This document shows, piece by piece, positions 1-18,343 of a DNA stretch of 64,000 nucleotides (position 1 is the stretch's first letter; the number at the start of each line of letters is the position of its first letter). Below the pieces are notes generated by a model that did not search any database, was not told the DNA's origin, and was given only the letters and a program-made list of their open reading frames with translations. Made by a program: the position numbers and the translations under genes. Origin of the DNA: the human T2T-CHM13v2.0 reference genome, Homo sapiens; NCBI RefSeq assembly GCF_009914755.1, contig NC_060933.1. One strand, 5' to 3'.

Positions 1-1000
1 TTTTAATGATGAAAGACATTGAGATACAAAAAGCAGCTTTGAAAGTTGTAGCAAAGCATGCTTCATACATGGATCCTTTGAATGAAAGAATAATAGCATG
101 GATGGTTGATGAAGGAATAGAAGCTGCTGCTATTTAATGTATTCTTCACTCTCAGTACATGGATACAGCCTCCAAATGTTACAAAGAAAATAATCATCAG
201 CACAGCATCTCTGCATACCTGTGGATTGGTCTTTTTGTAAAGCAGCCTCATGGTTTTCTTAGAAAAGTTTTTTATTTAAAAATATATCTCTAGACACTTA
301 CTCCTGGTAGGCCTGGGAAAATGTAGATTACTTCATGTCTCTTCAAAAGCCTTTCAAAGAAACAAGTCAAGCTTGATTTGTGTTTTTGAGATAGAGGAAA
401 GTAGTAAGGTAGGAGGACAGAGGAAATCTTAGCTTTAAAGGGAGAAAAAGATCTTTCAGTCCTTTTGTCAACACTTTAGTTTCTGCATTAGTCATAGGTC
501 CCTTCCCCCTTGGCCATGGGTGGACCAAAGGAATAGCAGCCATTTGCACGTTTGTGAAAGGACAGTGGAAAGAAAAGAAAATAGCTGATACAAGAAAATG
601 TGGGAGATTATTTCCCCCACTAGGTTTTTACAGTTGTATTTTTAGATTAATCAGTGGTTTCTGGATATTTGGCCTCCTTTTTTTTCTTTTATTTTGCTGT
701 TTTTGATGTTATAAAATACAGTGCTAAGAACCTAACCCTATTAGTGAGATATTATTCAGAGTCTAATTTTTTTATTGTTATAATGAAAGTCATGTAGAAT
801 GCAAAGCTAGTGGACACAGTTAATACTCATATTTGGTAGAAATACTTTTCCTCTACCAAGCTGAGTTCAAATTGTGGGCCTGCAAGTTAACTGATACTGG
901 ACAGGTTAACTGGAGAAAAGATAAGGTTTATTCACACTTGAAGGAGCACTCAATATCAGTAACTCTGAAGAAGAGTTTAGAGGGTTATAGAAGTAAGGGG

Positions 1001-1297
<297 letters not shown>

Positions 1298-1589
1298 AGA
1301 AGTAAGGGGCTATATACCAACTTAACAAGAGGGGGTAGCTTAGGGAGTCAAAGGACAGAAAGATCTCATTTACACAATTTTTTTGTTATGTCTCAGTGCC
1401 CAGTGTCAGTCATCTCCCTCCTGTGGATCCTCCTGGAGGTGTGAGAGGGTTGTGACAGCTGCCTCAGTAAAGCTCTGCTTTAGTCAGATAAAAGAAGTTA
1501 AGATTTCATTCTGCATCTGCTGTTGTATTTTTGGGCCCTTCACTGATTTTTTTTTGTTTTAATATTTGTATGTAGTCTGATGCTTTTCA

Positions 1590-1780
1590 ATGTATTTTCA
1601 CATACCTCATTTTATTCTCACAGGACTTTTTAGGCAGACAGGGAAAATACTATTATCCCATTTCACAGGTCAGAAAACTGAGACTCAGAGAGGTTAAGTA
1701 TTTGTCCAGGGCCACATAATTAATAACAGAGCCAAAATAGGAATTTCAGGTATTCAACATTTCTCAGTGTACCTTTGGGG
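1590..1780 (-). mobile_element. MIR
   Basis: attatcccatttcacagg..aaactgagactcagagaggttaagt MIR core, antisense. Confidence 0.75.
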
Positions 1781-1874
1781 TCCAATTTGAGTACTCATAA
1801 ATTGTGTAATCTATTGTCAATCTATAAGTCCTTTAAAAGTGCCATGGTTAAGTAATAATTTATTTGTTTTGTAG

Positions 1875-1918
1875 GAGAAGATGGTATAAACTGGTCCATC
1901 AGTGACAAAGACATTGAG
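1875..1918 (+). CDS. ZCCHC7: ZCCHC7 internal coding exon (44 nt; probably exon 3), (G)EDGINWSISDKDIE
   Basis: ttttgtAG acceptor, GAG|GTaaaa donor; translation joins in frame to the next exon and matches the ZCCHC7 protein as I recall it. Confidence 0.93.
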
Positions 1919-2807
1919 GTAAAATCAAATTGTTTTTAAAATTCAGAATAATAATTTCCTTTGCTTCATAGTTTATTATGATAACTTTTGGAACATTAAT
2001 AAGTTTAAGTGGCTTATAAGAAAACATTTGATTTTAGCATATGAGTGATTTAACTCTTCAGAAACTTGGTTCAGCCTTGAGTTTTGTCAGTGAGTTAATA
2101 GCTGTAATCATCCAGTCCCCTTTCCCTTTCTGTTTCTCTCCTGCGGTGAGTCCTCTCAGCCCATATGGCCTGGTACCACTAAAAAGATCAACACCGGAAA
2201 TAACTGCTTCTTCAGTGTAAGGAAATGGTTAGTCTATTTTTAGGATGTGGCAGGTGTTTGTCTTTGTCGATTATTAGCCTTAATTGTGGCAGATGCTACA
2301 AAAAGAGAATAATTTTATAACTTGGTTTTGGGAGACAGCTAGATTGTACTTACATGTGGTCCACTTGGCCAGTTCAGCAAAATAACAAATAAAAGATGAA
2401 AACTTTTTTAAAGATGGAATTCTACCAAACAAGCTAAAGCATGGTTGGGATTTACAGTTCCTCTTTAGATATTCCATATGATATGCATTGTTGGTACTCT
2501 CTTACAAGATCCTAGATTTAGATTAGAATATGGGACAGTTAGAATTGGGTCACTCTGTAGGCAGAATGGATCTTAAAAGGATTCCAGTGGAAAGAAATTA
2601 TCTCATTCCTTTATTTCTATAAAGGAAGACTGGATTATCAGTCTTTTATTATCATCCAGTCTTGTAGGCAGTAACCCTGTGCTGTTCAAAAGAATGGATA
2701 TATTGGGTAGCTGTACTAACTTTACAAAAGACAAAGTCATAAAAACACCATTCCCTAACTCAAAATTTAAGTAGCCCTCCCATTCAGAAAAACATGGTGT
2801 ACATTCA

Positions 2808-3137
<330 letters not shown>

Positions 3138-3342
3138 AGAAGTCAGCAGTGGCTTTGACTGAATGCTACCGCGGTGTCTAAGTGATGCATGTCAGTACCC
3201 CTGCTCGATCTGAAACATAAGTAGAGAAAGATTAAAAAAAAAAAATCACATGGAGAAGTATAAAAGACTCAGCAGGCGGGAGGGGCAGACAAAAAGCAGT
3301 AGAGTTACCTTTATGGCACCTCCTTTTATGTTTTTCTACCTC

Positions 3343-3699
<357 letters not shown>

Positions 3700-3876
3700 T
3701 AGGTTCTAAGTTGAACAGATATAACTAATAATTCTCTTGCTTTATCAAGGTAATGGAACTGACTTGAAGCTTGATGTATCTTTATTTGCTTATAGTTGTC
3801 TTTAACAAGAGTAGTAGATGGCTTTTATTTAGCAGTGAAACAATTTTTTTAATTCTTGATTTTTTTTTTCCCTTAG

Positions 3877-4002
3877 GCCCAGATAGCTAATAACCGAACA
3901 CCTGGAAGATGGACCCAGCGGTACTATTCAGCCAACAAAAACATTATCTGTAGAAATTGTGACAAACGTGGTCATTTATCAAAAAACTGCCCCTTACCAC
4001 GA
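3877..4002 (+). CDS. ZCCHC7: ZCCHC7 coding exon (126 nt, phase 0-0), AQIANN...[18 protein letters not shown]; zinc knuckle 1
   Basis: Polypyrimidine tract + ttAG acceptor, CGA|GTacgt donor; CX2CX4HX4C motif. Confidence 0.96.
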
Positions 4003-4060
4003 GTACGTGAAATATGCTTTGCTTCTTTCCACATTTGTAAACTCAAAATCTCAAGGGTGA

Positions 4061-4360
4061 GGCTGGGCACGGTGGCTCATGCCTGTAATCCCAGCACTTT
4101 GGGAAGCCGAGGCAGGTGGATCATGAGGTCAGGAGATTGAGACCATCCTAGCTAACATGGTGAAAAACCCCGTCTCTACCAAAAATATACAAAAAATTAG
4201 CCGGGCGTGATGGCGGGCGCCTGTAGTCCCAGCTACTTGGGAGGCTGAGGCAGGAGAATGGTGTGAACCCGGGAGATGGAGCTTGCGGTAACAGAGATCA
4301 CACCATTGCACTCCAGCCTGGGTGACAAAGTGAAACTCTGTCTCAGAAAAAAAAAAAAAA
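4061..4360 (+). mobile_element. AluY-like
   Basis: gagaccatcctagctaac and ggagaatggtgtgaacccggg diagnostics; TSD aaaatctcaag. Confidence 0.92.
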
Positions 4361-4429
4361 TCTCAAGTGTGAAACCCTATAACCTTAGAATTCAAATCTT
4401 TTTATAGTATGTGTGTTAAATTTCATGTA

Positions 4430-4610
4430 GCTTACAGCCTAGTGTCGGAGAAATAATAATAAATTTGGAGTCAGAAAAATGTGGAATCAATTTTAACTTA
4501 TCATTACTAGTTGTATGGGCAAATCATTTAACCCTCTGTGCTTCTTGTTTTCTTGTCTATAAAATGAAAAGATTGAATCAGATGATTCCTGAGACCCCTT
4601 TCACTTCTAA
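4430..4610 (+). mobile_element. MIR
   Basis: tttggagtcaga...gggcaaatcatttaaccctctgtgc...ctataaaatg. Confidence 0.65.
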
Positions 4611-5232
4611 ACCTTGTACTTCATAAGATAGCTTATTTCAATGTGAGATAATTTTTATCGTTAGAAAATTATAATTTGGGGCATTTTTAAATGTTTATTA
4701 ATGTAAGTTACGTTAAGCAGGTACATCAACCTTTGGAACAACACAGAACTGAAGATCTTAGACGTTTCCTGACCAGATAATTAGCTCTTAACAAACATTT
4801 CTTCCATTTCTCCTTCCTCTTCCAAATGACTGCTTTTCAAATAGTTCAGACACCTCTTATGCTCCTTTTTTGTTCTTGCTTCTCCAGTCAAAACAGCTTC
4901 TTCTGTATCTGTTCCTCCTATGACTTAGCTTCTAGATATCCTCCTCATTCTACTTTCCCTCTTACATACCTTTCATTTTGTCAATATTCCTATAAGAAGA
5001 GGCATAAGGAATATATGCCAGCTGCTAGTATGTACAGACTAAGCCTTTTTGGCAAACAATATACATACAGTGTTTTGGACATTTTGTTTGATTTTTACAG
5101 TTGTGCTCAGGATTCTACCTTTATTGGGATCTCAAATTAGAAAAGATTTTTTTATGGGATTATATTGAAAAAGAAATACTAATCTTCTACCTTTTGAGAC
5201 TGAAGAGATTTTATGTTTTTTTCGCCACATAG

Positions 5233-5403
5233 AAAGTTCGTCGCTGCTTCCTGTGCTCCAGGAGAGGACATCTCCTGTATTCCTGTCCAGCCCCCCTTTG
5301 CGAATACTGTCCTGTGCCTAAGATGTTGGACCACTCATGTCTTTTCAGACATTCCTGGGATAAACAGTGTGACCGATGTCATATGCTAGGCCACTATACA
5401 GAT
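5233..5403 (+). CDS. ZCCHC7: ZCCHC7 coding exon (171 nt, phase 0-0), KVRRCFLCSRRGHLLYSC...CDRCHMLGHYTD; knuckle 2, a degenerate knuckle, and most of the next knuckle
   Basis: catAG acceptor, GAT|GTgagt donor; CCHC motifs in frame. Confidence 0.96.
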
Positions 5404-5717
5404 GTGAGTATCCTGCATATAACTAATTTGTCAGGCTTTGGAGGGAGTGTGCAAGTTTGTAATTAATGTGCAAGTTTATAACTATCAGTCAGCATACCTA
5501 AAGGAATGTTTACTCCGTGAGATATATATATATATAGTCGTGTCCATTTTGTCACTGAACATGTATATAAAGCAGTGCTCTAAATAATATAGGGGTAAGG
5601 AGCCTACTGAATCAGAAGACAGCATCAAGAGATAGCATTAATAAATATTTTAAGCCCATTCTAGCCCTTTTTCTTTATAAGCTTGTTAAATAAAGGCTGA
5701 ATTTAAAGAGGTAATAA

Positions 5718-6053
<336 letters not shown>

Positions 6054-6070
6054 TATTTGTGCATATTTAA

Positions 6071-6801
<731 letters not shown>

Positions 6802-7439
6802 TGATTCTTCTTATCAATGATTTTGCTGGTCTAATAGTCTAAGGAAAGAAGGACAAGGCAGCCATTACTTTAAATTGCAGCATATTAAAAATGCTGTTTT
6901 GGACACTATTTGCATTGTATTGTTGTAAATGTATATGGAGTTTAGTCATAATTTCAAAGACCAGAGGGCTGTTGAAATAAGCAAATACAGCTTTGATGTG
7001 GAATATGTAGTTTTCTACATTCAGTTTACCCTAATTCCTAATGAGTGTCTCATTAAGAGTCTTTCATTTTAGGTCTTAATTGCGTTTCTTACTACATAGT
7101 AACATATGTTTATTTTATATTAACAGCTAATCAGTACAAAGTCATTTTTCATCCTCATACCTAAGTGGCAATTCTAATTGATTTAAGGGGTATTTATGAA
7201 AGGGGTGTCTCTCATTCTCTTTTTTAAAGCATTACTTACCTATTTTTTAAAATAATAAAAGTACTTTAATATGTACTTCCCCAAAGTCATGATACGAAAG
7301 CAGAAATATTTTTCTAATTTTATTTATATTGAAATACACCTATAGTCTTTTTTCTTACAGCCCTTTTTAATGCATGTCTGAAATACACCTATAATCTTTT
7401 GCTCAATAAATTAGTATGGCTTTCTGTTGAAATGAATTT

Positions 7440-7860
7440 CAGATTAAAACAGATTAGAGTATGAGTGTTTGGTATATATATGTATTTCTCATGTAAATAA
7501 CATGACAATTATTTATTGTAATTCCACCAGCAAATTTATACTTAAATTGTTACCCATTTTTTAAACAAACAGTGGTGCATTTAATAATGTTTTGGTAAGT
7601 CATATTTTATAAATGGAATTGTGAAATTAAAAGACGTACACTTATGTCTGGATAAGTATTGTCAAATTGCTCTTCTAAAAGATTGTACCAATGTATCTAC
7701 CTACCAGCAGTGTTAAGAGAAATGAGCACTGCACTCATCAACATTAAGTATTATCAGTCTTTAAAATATTTGGCTGGTCAGACCAAAAAATGATATTTTA
7801 TTGTTTTAATTTGTATTTCTTTGGTTATTAATAAAGTGGTATATGGTTAATTAATTTGAA
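7440..7860 (-). mobile_element. Old L1 (L1M-type) 3' fragment
   Basis: gtcaaattgctcttctaaaagattgtaccaat...ccagcagtg...ttgttttaatttgtatttct resembles antisense L1M ORF2/3' end. Confidence 0.6.
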
Positions 7861-8348
7861 TACTCTATTCTCAAGGCTATATAGATAGAAGTTGTCATTT
7901 CATTCCAAAGTACTTTAGTCTTATTTTTTAGTGTTTACCAAGTCTTAAAAATGATAAATCCTGAATTGTCCTAGCATTATGTTGTTGTCTGCATTAAGTT
8001 GTCAATTATAATTTTCTTAGCAAGATTTTCTAGTTTGGCAGTTATCTTTAATAGCATCTGTTTTTTTTTTACTGTTTTCTTCCAAAGAGCTCTGACAAAT
8101 ATGGTCTTATTTGCCTGTGATAAAGAAGGGGAGTAAGACATTATCATAGGCAATTTTTTAAAAACAAGAAACTGTACTACAGAACAGTTAAAAATTACTT
8201 GTAAAAGGTTATATAATCATCTGTGTTAATTCTATAGGCCATTCCTCTTAACTTCTTGATTTTGGCCTCTAATATATGTTAAATTATTATCTAAAATGAG
8301 AATTAATAATCCCAATGAATGTAGGTTTTTTTAAATAAGATTAAAATC

Positions 8349-8760
<412 letters not shown>

Positions 8761-9354
8761 GGGTTGGGCTGTGACCAGCTTCAGAGAAGGCAGTACTCTT
8801 TTCCCCAAATCTACCAGTATCTACTATATTTGTTGTAATTACATGGCGAAGGTTCTGGAAGCTGGTCTTTGTAGCCTACACACCTGGTGTAGGATTCCCT
8901 CGCAGCCCAGTCAAGCCTGGGCTCTACTGACTCCTTGTGGCAAGGCTCATAGTCCTTCCACCACCCCAGAAACTTCATGAGAATTCACATGGAAGCCGAG
9001 TCATTCTGGCCCCATGTTGTTGGAACTGTACATGCTTTAGGTCTGTCTTGAAACCTGGGCCTCCACAGAAAATTTGTTTCCTCTGCAGCCCTATCAAATG
9101 CTTGCTGCTCATCTTCCGTGACCCTGAATCTTAAGAGATGATATCAGCCTCTTTCTCACATGCCATGGCTGCTTTTAAGTCATTACTCAACCCTTTTTAT
9201 GTAAATACCTTTGGCTTATTTAAGGCTTATACCCTCTAGCAATACTATCCTCTACCATTCTTTGTCATTTTCATCTTCCCACCTACTGGACTTTCTGCTC
9301 ATTCACAGAGGATTTCTAACCTTTTATAAATTGACGATATTGAGAAACTTCCAA

Positions 9355-9651
9355 GGCTGGGCGTGGTGGCTCATGCCTGTTACCCAGCACTTTGGGAGGC
9401 CGAGGTAGGCAGATCACTTGAGGCCACAAGTTTGAGGCCAGCCTGGCCAACACAGCAAAACCCCATCCCTACTAAAAGTACAAAAGTTAGCTGAGTGTGG
9501 TGGTGCACACCTGTAATTCCAACTACTGGGAAGGCTGAGGCATGAGAATTGCTAGAACCCAGGACGCAGAGGTTTCAGTGAGCCGAGATTGCACCACTGA
9601 ACTCCAGCCTGGGCAACAGAGTGAGACTGTTTCCAAAAAAAAAAAAAAAAA
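9355..9651 (+). mobile_element. Alu (S/J)
   Basis: Full-length Alu with A-tail. Confidence 0.92.
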
Positions 9652-10109
9652 TGAAAGAAACTTGCCCTTTTACTTTATATATTCCCATAGTCACACACCT
9701 AGACCTCTGTTTGGCCAGATTACCAGATATATGTATGCAAAGAGAATTTGTAGTGAAAACTGTCGAGTCATATTCAAATCCTTTCTGTAATGAAAAGCTT
9801 TTTCCTAAAATCTGTTGGAAATTGCTCATTGGTTAACTACTTCTGTAAAAGTATTTGGTTGAAATTCCAGAGTTTTATGAGGTGAAGGATAAAAAGATGG
9901 CTCAAGGCCTACTAAAGTCAACCTGCATCATTAGTCCCTTTCAGAAGACAAGAACCTGGATTATGGAAAGAATCCTGTTTCTGAATCTGCTATAGTTTCT
10001 CTCCTCACTTGCCAACAATTTTTAAATATACAGAGAATTTTTAAATGTCTGTATACCTTTAGCTTGCACACAGAAACCTATTCTGTGAGCTATCTCTGAC
10101 ATTTCCAAG

Positions 10110-10300
10110 ATAACAACAGCCATACATAATTGTGTGTTTACTGTGCTGGAGGAGTGCTTCATTCACCACTATGCCCTTAGCATATAGTAGGTGTTCAGTA
10201 GATTTAATCCTCATAAGCAGGATATGAAGTGTAGGTACTATTTATTACTCCTATTTTACAAACTGAAAACTGAGACATTACAAGGTTAATAAGTCTAAGG
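10110..10300 (-). mobile_element. MIR (degenerate)
   Basis: tttaatcctcata...gtaggtactatttattactcctattttaca...aaactgagac. Confidence 0.6.
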
Positions 10301-10471
10301 TCTAAAAGCTAAAATGATGCTATACTTTATGACTATGTGGAGAAAGCTTACATATTGGCAATCAAGGAATCATCAGTTTATCTCCTACTCGGAGGATCTC
10401 TCAACTTTCTTTCTTAAATATGCAGATATTATAGCTCTAATAAGCAACTTTAATATAACACTCATGACATT

Positions 10472-10702
<231 letters not shown>

Positions 10703-11120
10703 TTATAAAACACATAAAGAAAAATATTTTCCAAACAAAAATAAATTTTACCTTAGGTTGTCAGCACTTTAAAAAACCCCTGGGGATCAAGAAAGCAGTA
10801 TAGAATGTTGATTTTCAGATACAGAGCCAATTCTGTGATACCATAGAGCTTTACTGCTCACAAGAGACCATTGCAGCTTCAGCAATCTTTATTAATTGTT
10901 CAGATTGCCATCCTTTTTTATTAAAGCATAATGACTGAGTTAGTCAGTGTCAGATATAATCAAAACCCAAACCTCCTAAATTTCCTACCTTTATTCAGCA
11001 ATTTTTTTCTCAAATTCCCTGCTCAGTGTGTTATCCCAGTCCATGCTAAATAACTGTTAAAGTCTGATTTTTTAATACAGTGGGAGAAAATAATTCATAG
11101 AACATATTTCACTTGATTCC

Positions 11121-11436
<316 letters not shown>

Positions 11437-11999
11437 TGATGCTAGAAAAATGCTCCCATATCAGCCATATACTACAATATTTTTCACAGTGCAAAAGTTT
11501 ATTTTAAGGAGAACTCAGTTTAAACTGTGTAGTATTTAACATACACGTGAGTGCTCAATGATGTTTCTTCAATAAATATATATGTAAAATTGAAAACTAA
11601 TGTCTTTTATTTAGATTTTTATTAAACTTGGAGATTTCCAGCAGGAAATACAAAGCATCTAGTACAAATCATTTCATACTTGTCAAATCCAGAATGGAGA
11701 GTTACTAGAGCATTATTTTTGTAAAGGTAATTATTTAAGAAACAGGTATTTATTTTATTTTTAGTGTACTCCAAGGAGCACTGAGTAGTATTCATATGAT
11801 TTCCTCCCCTTATCCTTTCCACAGTCTTACTCAGATATGACTGGCCAGAAATAAGAATGGCTGAAACATATTATTGTGCTGAATAACTAAGCCAAGATTT
11901 GAATTTAAAGACTTGCTTAATTCACATATTTTGTGTAATGGCGGTTCTACCTTTATTCAAAAACATCTCCAGTGTTCTACCACCCAAATAAACTTTCTA

Positions 12000-12200
12000 C
12001 ATTTGTTCATTTAGCAAAAATTTGCTGGTTGCCTCTTATATGCCAGACAGTATTCCAAGTACTAGGGGAAAAAAAGATGAATAAAACATGATCCCTGCCC
12101 TTGAGGAACTCAGAGTATAATAGGAAAGGTGGGTGTGTTAAGAACAGTGTAAAGTGTAATGTGAAAGTACATCAGGGTGGTGATAAATAAAAGAGTCTTA
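12000..12200 (-). mobile_element. L2 3' end
   Basis: ttcatttagcaaa...tatgccagac...atccctgcccttgaggaactcagag. Confidence 0.7.
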
Positions 12201-12349
12201 GAAGACTCTAAACTTAGTGACTTGCAGATGATGCATACCTAGAAAATGTAGAAAGTGTGACGTAGACCTAAGAAGGGAGCCAAGTAACTGTGTCTTTTTA
12301 TTTTGACATGATTATAGATTCACATGCAGTTTTAAGAAATAATATAGAG

Positions 12350-12480
12350 GGCTGGGCGCAGTGGCTCATGCCAGTAACCACAACCCAGCCCTTTGGGAGG
12401 CCAAATCTGGAGGACTGCCTGAGGCCAGGAGTTAGAGACCAGCCTATGCAATATAGTGAGACCCTATATCTACAAAAAAC
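12350..12480 (+). mobile_element. FLAM / Alu left monomer
   Basis: ggctgggcgcagtggctcatgcc...gagaccctatatctacaaaaaa. Confidence 0.85.
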
Positions 12481-13259
12481 ATTTTTTTAAGAAATGATAA
12501 AATTAAGATTCAGATAGCAAATAATCATGAACAAGCTAATTTCCCTGCTCAACTTATTTGAAGAGAAACCACTGATATATTCAAATCTACTTAATGAAAA
12601 TGAGAATGCATAAATAAGAATAAATAATTAAAATTAAAATGCCGCCTCCCCAACAAAGTAACTTAGATGTGTAAAATCACGATGTGAGGAAGGAATGAAG
12701 GGGAAAAGAAAAACTCATCTCTGAAAAAACTAAAACACTAGAATTATATTATCGTGATAGATTGGTATGTACTTTCAGATAAATATGTAGTTCTGCTGAC
12801 AGTGTGCATTACACCTACCTTTGGAAATAGGAAAATCAGACTTTGGTTAGATATATGTACTTTGTTCCACCCACTTTTCTCAACATTTTAATGTTATTTA
12901 TAGGTAATATTGGAGCAAGAGGGCAGGCTGCAATTGATTGATTGTCTTACAAAATTGTTGTATAGGCTTACCAAATGTTTATTTAACTGAGAGATCAGAC
13001 TACTTCAAGAAAGTTAAGTTGATTTCTATACTTGAAGGTCTCCTCCTGTCTTCTTGATGTACACAAAACTCACGATAATGTTAGTGAAAATCGCATACAT
13101 GTTCATTGTTCAGGGAGTAAATCCCAAAATCAGGAATTAATAATTTATTGGAACTGTTACCAAGCCACCTAATAAATGAATATCTGAAATTTTCATGGTT
13201 GCAAATGTATGTGACCTTATGTAAATAATTATGTTCTACATTTTAAACTTGAAGGCATA

Positions 13260-13639
13260 TGGTACAGTTTGGTTCAATGTCCCCACTCAAATCTCAAGTC
13301 GAATTGTAATTCCCAATGTTGAGGGAGGGACCTGGTAGGAGGTGATTGGATCATGGGGGCAGATTTCCCCCATGCTGTTCTTGCAATAGTAAGTTCTCAT
13401 GAGATTTGATGGTTTAAAAGTGTATGGCACCCTGCCCCTCATTTGCTCTCTTTCTCTCCTGCCAACGTGAAGGTGCTTGCTTCCCCTTCAACCTCCACCA
13501 TGATTGTAAGTGTCCTGAGGCCTCCTCAGCCATGCTTCCTGTTAAGCCTGTGGAACTTGAGTCAGTTAAACCTCTTTTCTTCATAAATTACCCCAGTGTC
13601 AGGTAATTCTTTATAATAATGTCAAAATGGACTAATACA
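13260..13639 (+). mobile_element. MST-family (ERVL-MaLR) solo LTR
   Basis: gtttgg..tgtccccactcaaatctca...gtgattggatcatggggg...ccatgattgtaagtgtcctgaggcctcc...aaacctcttttcttcataaattaccc...ggactaataca. Confidence 0.9.
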
Positions 13640-14346
13640 GTGTATAACTTAGCACATTTAAAGTTTGAAGGAGAAACCAGTTCTTATTTTAAATTGTACT
13701 AAATGGTTTCCTTTCTAGTCATTTCTAAGTAACCTGAAAATTCCTCCAATCTTTTCAACTCTCCGTATAGTACATACCTCCTTGTCTAGTATTAGTCACT
13801 TTGAGTGGACTTAGCAGCTTACTAGCAAGCTTATCTTGTCTTTATAGAAAATGTAAGAATAAATGTGTAGAAGATAGAGATAATTCCCATTCTGCAGACC
13901 CTTACCTTTCATCAAAGGAAGGGAAATATTGTCTACTTCTAGCCTGCCTTTATAAACTTTATAAGCTCTCAACATTAAAGGATAAATAAACTTTAGTTTT
14001 TCACTGAGAATCTTATGGCACTGAGGAATGGACTGACTTACTCTTCAGTCCAATCACATTTGGGAAGACACAGGTCTCTGATGTATAAAGCAGAAGGCCA
14101 CTAAGAATTTTATTAAATTTCAAACTTATTATATGCCACCCCTTTTTAAAACTAAATCCAGGTATAAAAGTCCATCATGTAGACTTGAATTTTACTATTA
14201 AATCCACTAATACGAACAAATTCTGGGACATAATTATCTGAGTTATGAATTGAGAGTGAAAATAAGATCCTCATTAACAACTCTAAGGCTAAAAGATTCA
14301 CCAAATCTTACAGAATAAGGTCAGTGCTGCTGACCTTTATAGATCC

Positions 14347-14482
14347 CTGGATGTGGTGGGAGTTGCCTATAGTCCTAGTACGTGGGAGGATGAAGCAGGA
14401 AGATCACTTGAGCAAAGGAGTTCAAGTCCAACCTGGGCAACATAGCAAGACCCGATCTCTTTTAAAAAAAAAAAAAAAAAAA
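14347..14482 (+). mobile_element. FLAM / Alu monomer
   Basis: Degenerate monomer with A-tail. Confidence 0.8.
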
Positions 14483-15345
14483 GTATACATTCCAGACAGC
14501 TTTCTGATTGGGTTTTGAAAATCTCCCTCAAATTACACAGCAGTGAAGCAATGTACACAACTGGGAAAGCTTTTTAACCTCTAAAACTATTCAAAGACTT
14601 ACTTATAGGGATCTGTTTGCCAGCATACTAATCAATTCTGTGTATGATTTTGTTGTACTAATCAATCCTAGGTATGATCTGGTCGAACCCAATATGCAGT
14701 TATTCATCTTGAAAAAACAGCTGTTTTCTTCAGTTGTCTACTAGTTAAAATAATTAGGCATGCCATCTAAAAGGTACACACAGTTCGTCTTGAAAACTTA
14801 CAAATGCCTGTAGAATGATTATATTTCAGTTAAAAAAAAAAAAAGAAAATGAGCTCTGCATAATCTACATGTATATGCTTGTGTGTGTATATATATACAT
14901 ATATAAACAATGATAAATGGGATAAAGTATACATACCAGGCTCTTAACATTGCTTTTCCTCATCAGACTGGGATTGGGTTAGAAAAGAGGGCTGAGAAAC
15001 ACAATTAGCTTGCCTTTATTTGTATTTTTATTGTATTGTTTCATTTGTTTTAAAAAGAGAGTAAGATAATTATGCAGGATTTCAGTTTAATAGTAAGCGT
15101 GATCTTCGTTTGTTGTAAGGCATTCTACTAATTGTTGACTTGATAAAAAAAATCATAAAAGCAATACTAAACTACTTTGAGAAGTTCAAGACATTCAAGC
15201 AAATTATATAATAATAAATATTATGAGCTAATCAGCCTTTTAGTTATAGAACATAAAAATAATTCTCTCTGTAATCATGGATATTAACAGAAAAATATAC
15301 ATCCTAAGAACACTAATCATTACGGTGAGGTAGTTTCAGATATAA

Positions 15346-16430
<1,085 letters not shown>

Positions 16431-16639
16431 AGGTCTCTGTAATTGTAACTCTTTCCCTGTTCTTAACAAACCAAAACTTGATGGTCTCTCAAGTTTTCCA
16501 TAAATGAGTTGATCAGAGACCTATGCAGTGCTTGGCAAATACCACCTGAGCTGCCAGTACTGGTGGGATTTCACATAAGCCTCTTTTTTTTTTTTTTAAT
16601 ATACCAATAGAAAAAAAATTGCAGGCATATATAAAGAAT

Positions 16640-17930
16640 TGGTAGATCAAAAAAAATAATAATAATCAGAGATGTCTCCAAATGAAATGAATTGTTTGTA
16701 GAAAATAGGAAACTTGGGAAAATCCTAACTCTTTCTTCACAGATAATGTGAATAGAGAAGACAGACGAAAAGCACTGCTGAGCAAAATGATGAAGAAAAT
16801 TATGGACAAAATAGTTCACACTCAATTTGAGTGAGAAAAAGACCCATAGTGAAATTTCTGAATGTCAAACAAAAATTATACTAATATCCAGAGAGAAAAA
16901 CACACAAATCAGATTCACATCAGACTTCTCCTGTATAGTACTAAATGCTGAAAAGTAGTGGAGAAATCTCTAAAGCCTAGAAGATTCTGAGGAAAAAAGA
17001 TGATACAATCTGTTGCTCATTTGTGAATTTAAGGGAAAAGTCAGAGAAAAAAATTAGCAACAATGAACAGTGAAAGCAAGAAAGCCTGGAATATGTGTCT
17101 GAATACTTCTTGATAATCTGTTTTTTAACTTAATATAAGTATTTCCTGGGTGCAGTGGCACCTGCCTGTAGTTGCAGCTACTCAGGAGGCTGAGGCAGCA
17201 GAATTGCTTGAGGTCAGGAGTTCAAGACCAGCCCAGGCAACATGGTGAGAGTTCATCTCAAAAAAAGACAGAAAAATATAAATAGAGCAAATTTTATTTT
17301 TTAAATTATAGTAATGTGGTTTATAGGTAATTTCAGTAAAATAAAAGGTTATTTGTTTCAATAATCAGAAGAAAAGTAAGACAAAGGAAACTCACGTAGT
17401 ATAACATTATGGGAGAAAATGGGAGCAAGAAAGTATAAAAAACAAAAAGCATAAAGAATGAGAAAAATCAGACCAAATACATCAATTATAACAATAAACA
17501 TTTTCATAGTAGATTAAACACTCTTATAGATTTAACTGCCTCCCCCACTCCCCCCGACCCCCCCAAAAAAGCCTGTTTATCCAAAGAGACCTTTAACAAA
17601 AGTAATTGGCAGACCATGGTTTGGGAAAGATTTTTGTAATATGTATGATGGCACAATTATCTGTAATATATAAAAAGCTCTTACAAATCAATATAAAGAA
17701 AGGAAAATAATAATACCCAATGTTAGGGAAGCTGTACTATTAAAGTACATTTGGATGGGCTTTCTGGAATTCAGTGATGTATAGTTGCAAAGATATAGCT
17801 ATAAGAATGTTTATATCAAAGTTGTTAATAATAATGAATACTAGATGCAACCCAAATATTTGACGATGAGGATGACTTGCCTTACAATATAGTCATATAA
17901 TGGGATTTATTCAGCCGTTTCGAAAATGAT
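16640..17930 (+). mobile_element. Fragmented old L1 (L1M-type), interrupted by a FLAM at about 17146-17266
   Basis: A-rich; aatcagattcacatcagacttctc (ORF1-like) and ataaaaagctcttacaaatcaat (ORF2-like) segments. Confidence 0.55.
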
Positions 17931-17936
17931 ATAAAA

Positions 17937-18180
<244 letters not shown>

Positions 18181-18343
18181 TATATATATTTTATATATAT
18201 AAATGATATTGAAATATAAATAAGTTGCTAGTACATTAAGTAAAACACACAGATTACAAAACAGTATGTGAAGTATAATTAGACTTCTATATATATGTGT
18301 GTGTTTCTATATATGTAGATTTGCATAGAAAAAAGTTTGAGTG

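Noticed and set aside
1872-1877. TAGGAG tandem (NAGNAG) acceptor
   Set aside because: GAG is a very poor distal acceptor; no evidence of use
2143-2151. Consensus-like donor GCG|GTGAGT in the intron
   Set aside because: No convincing matching upstream acceptor or frame; isolated donors are common
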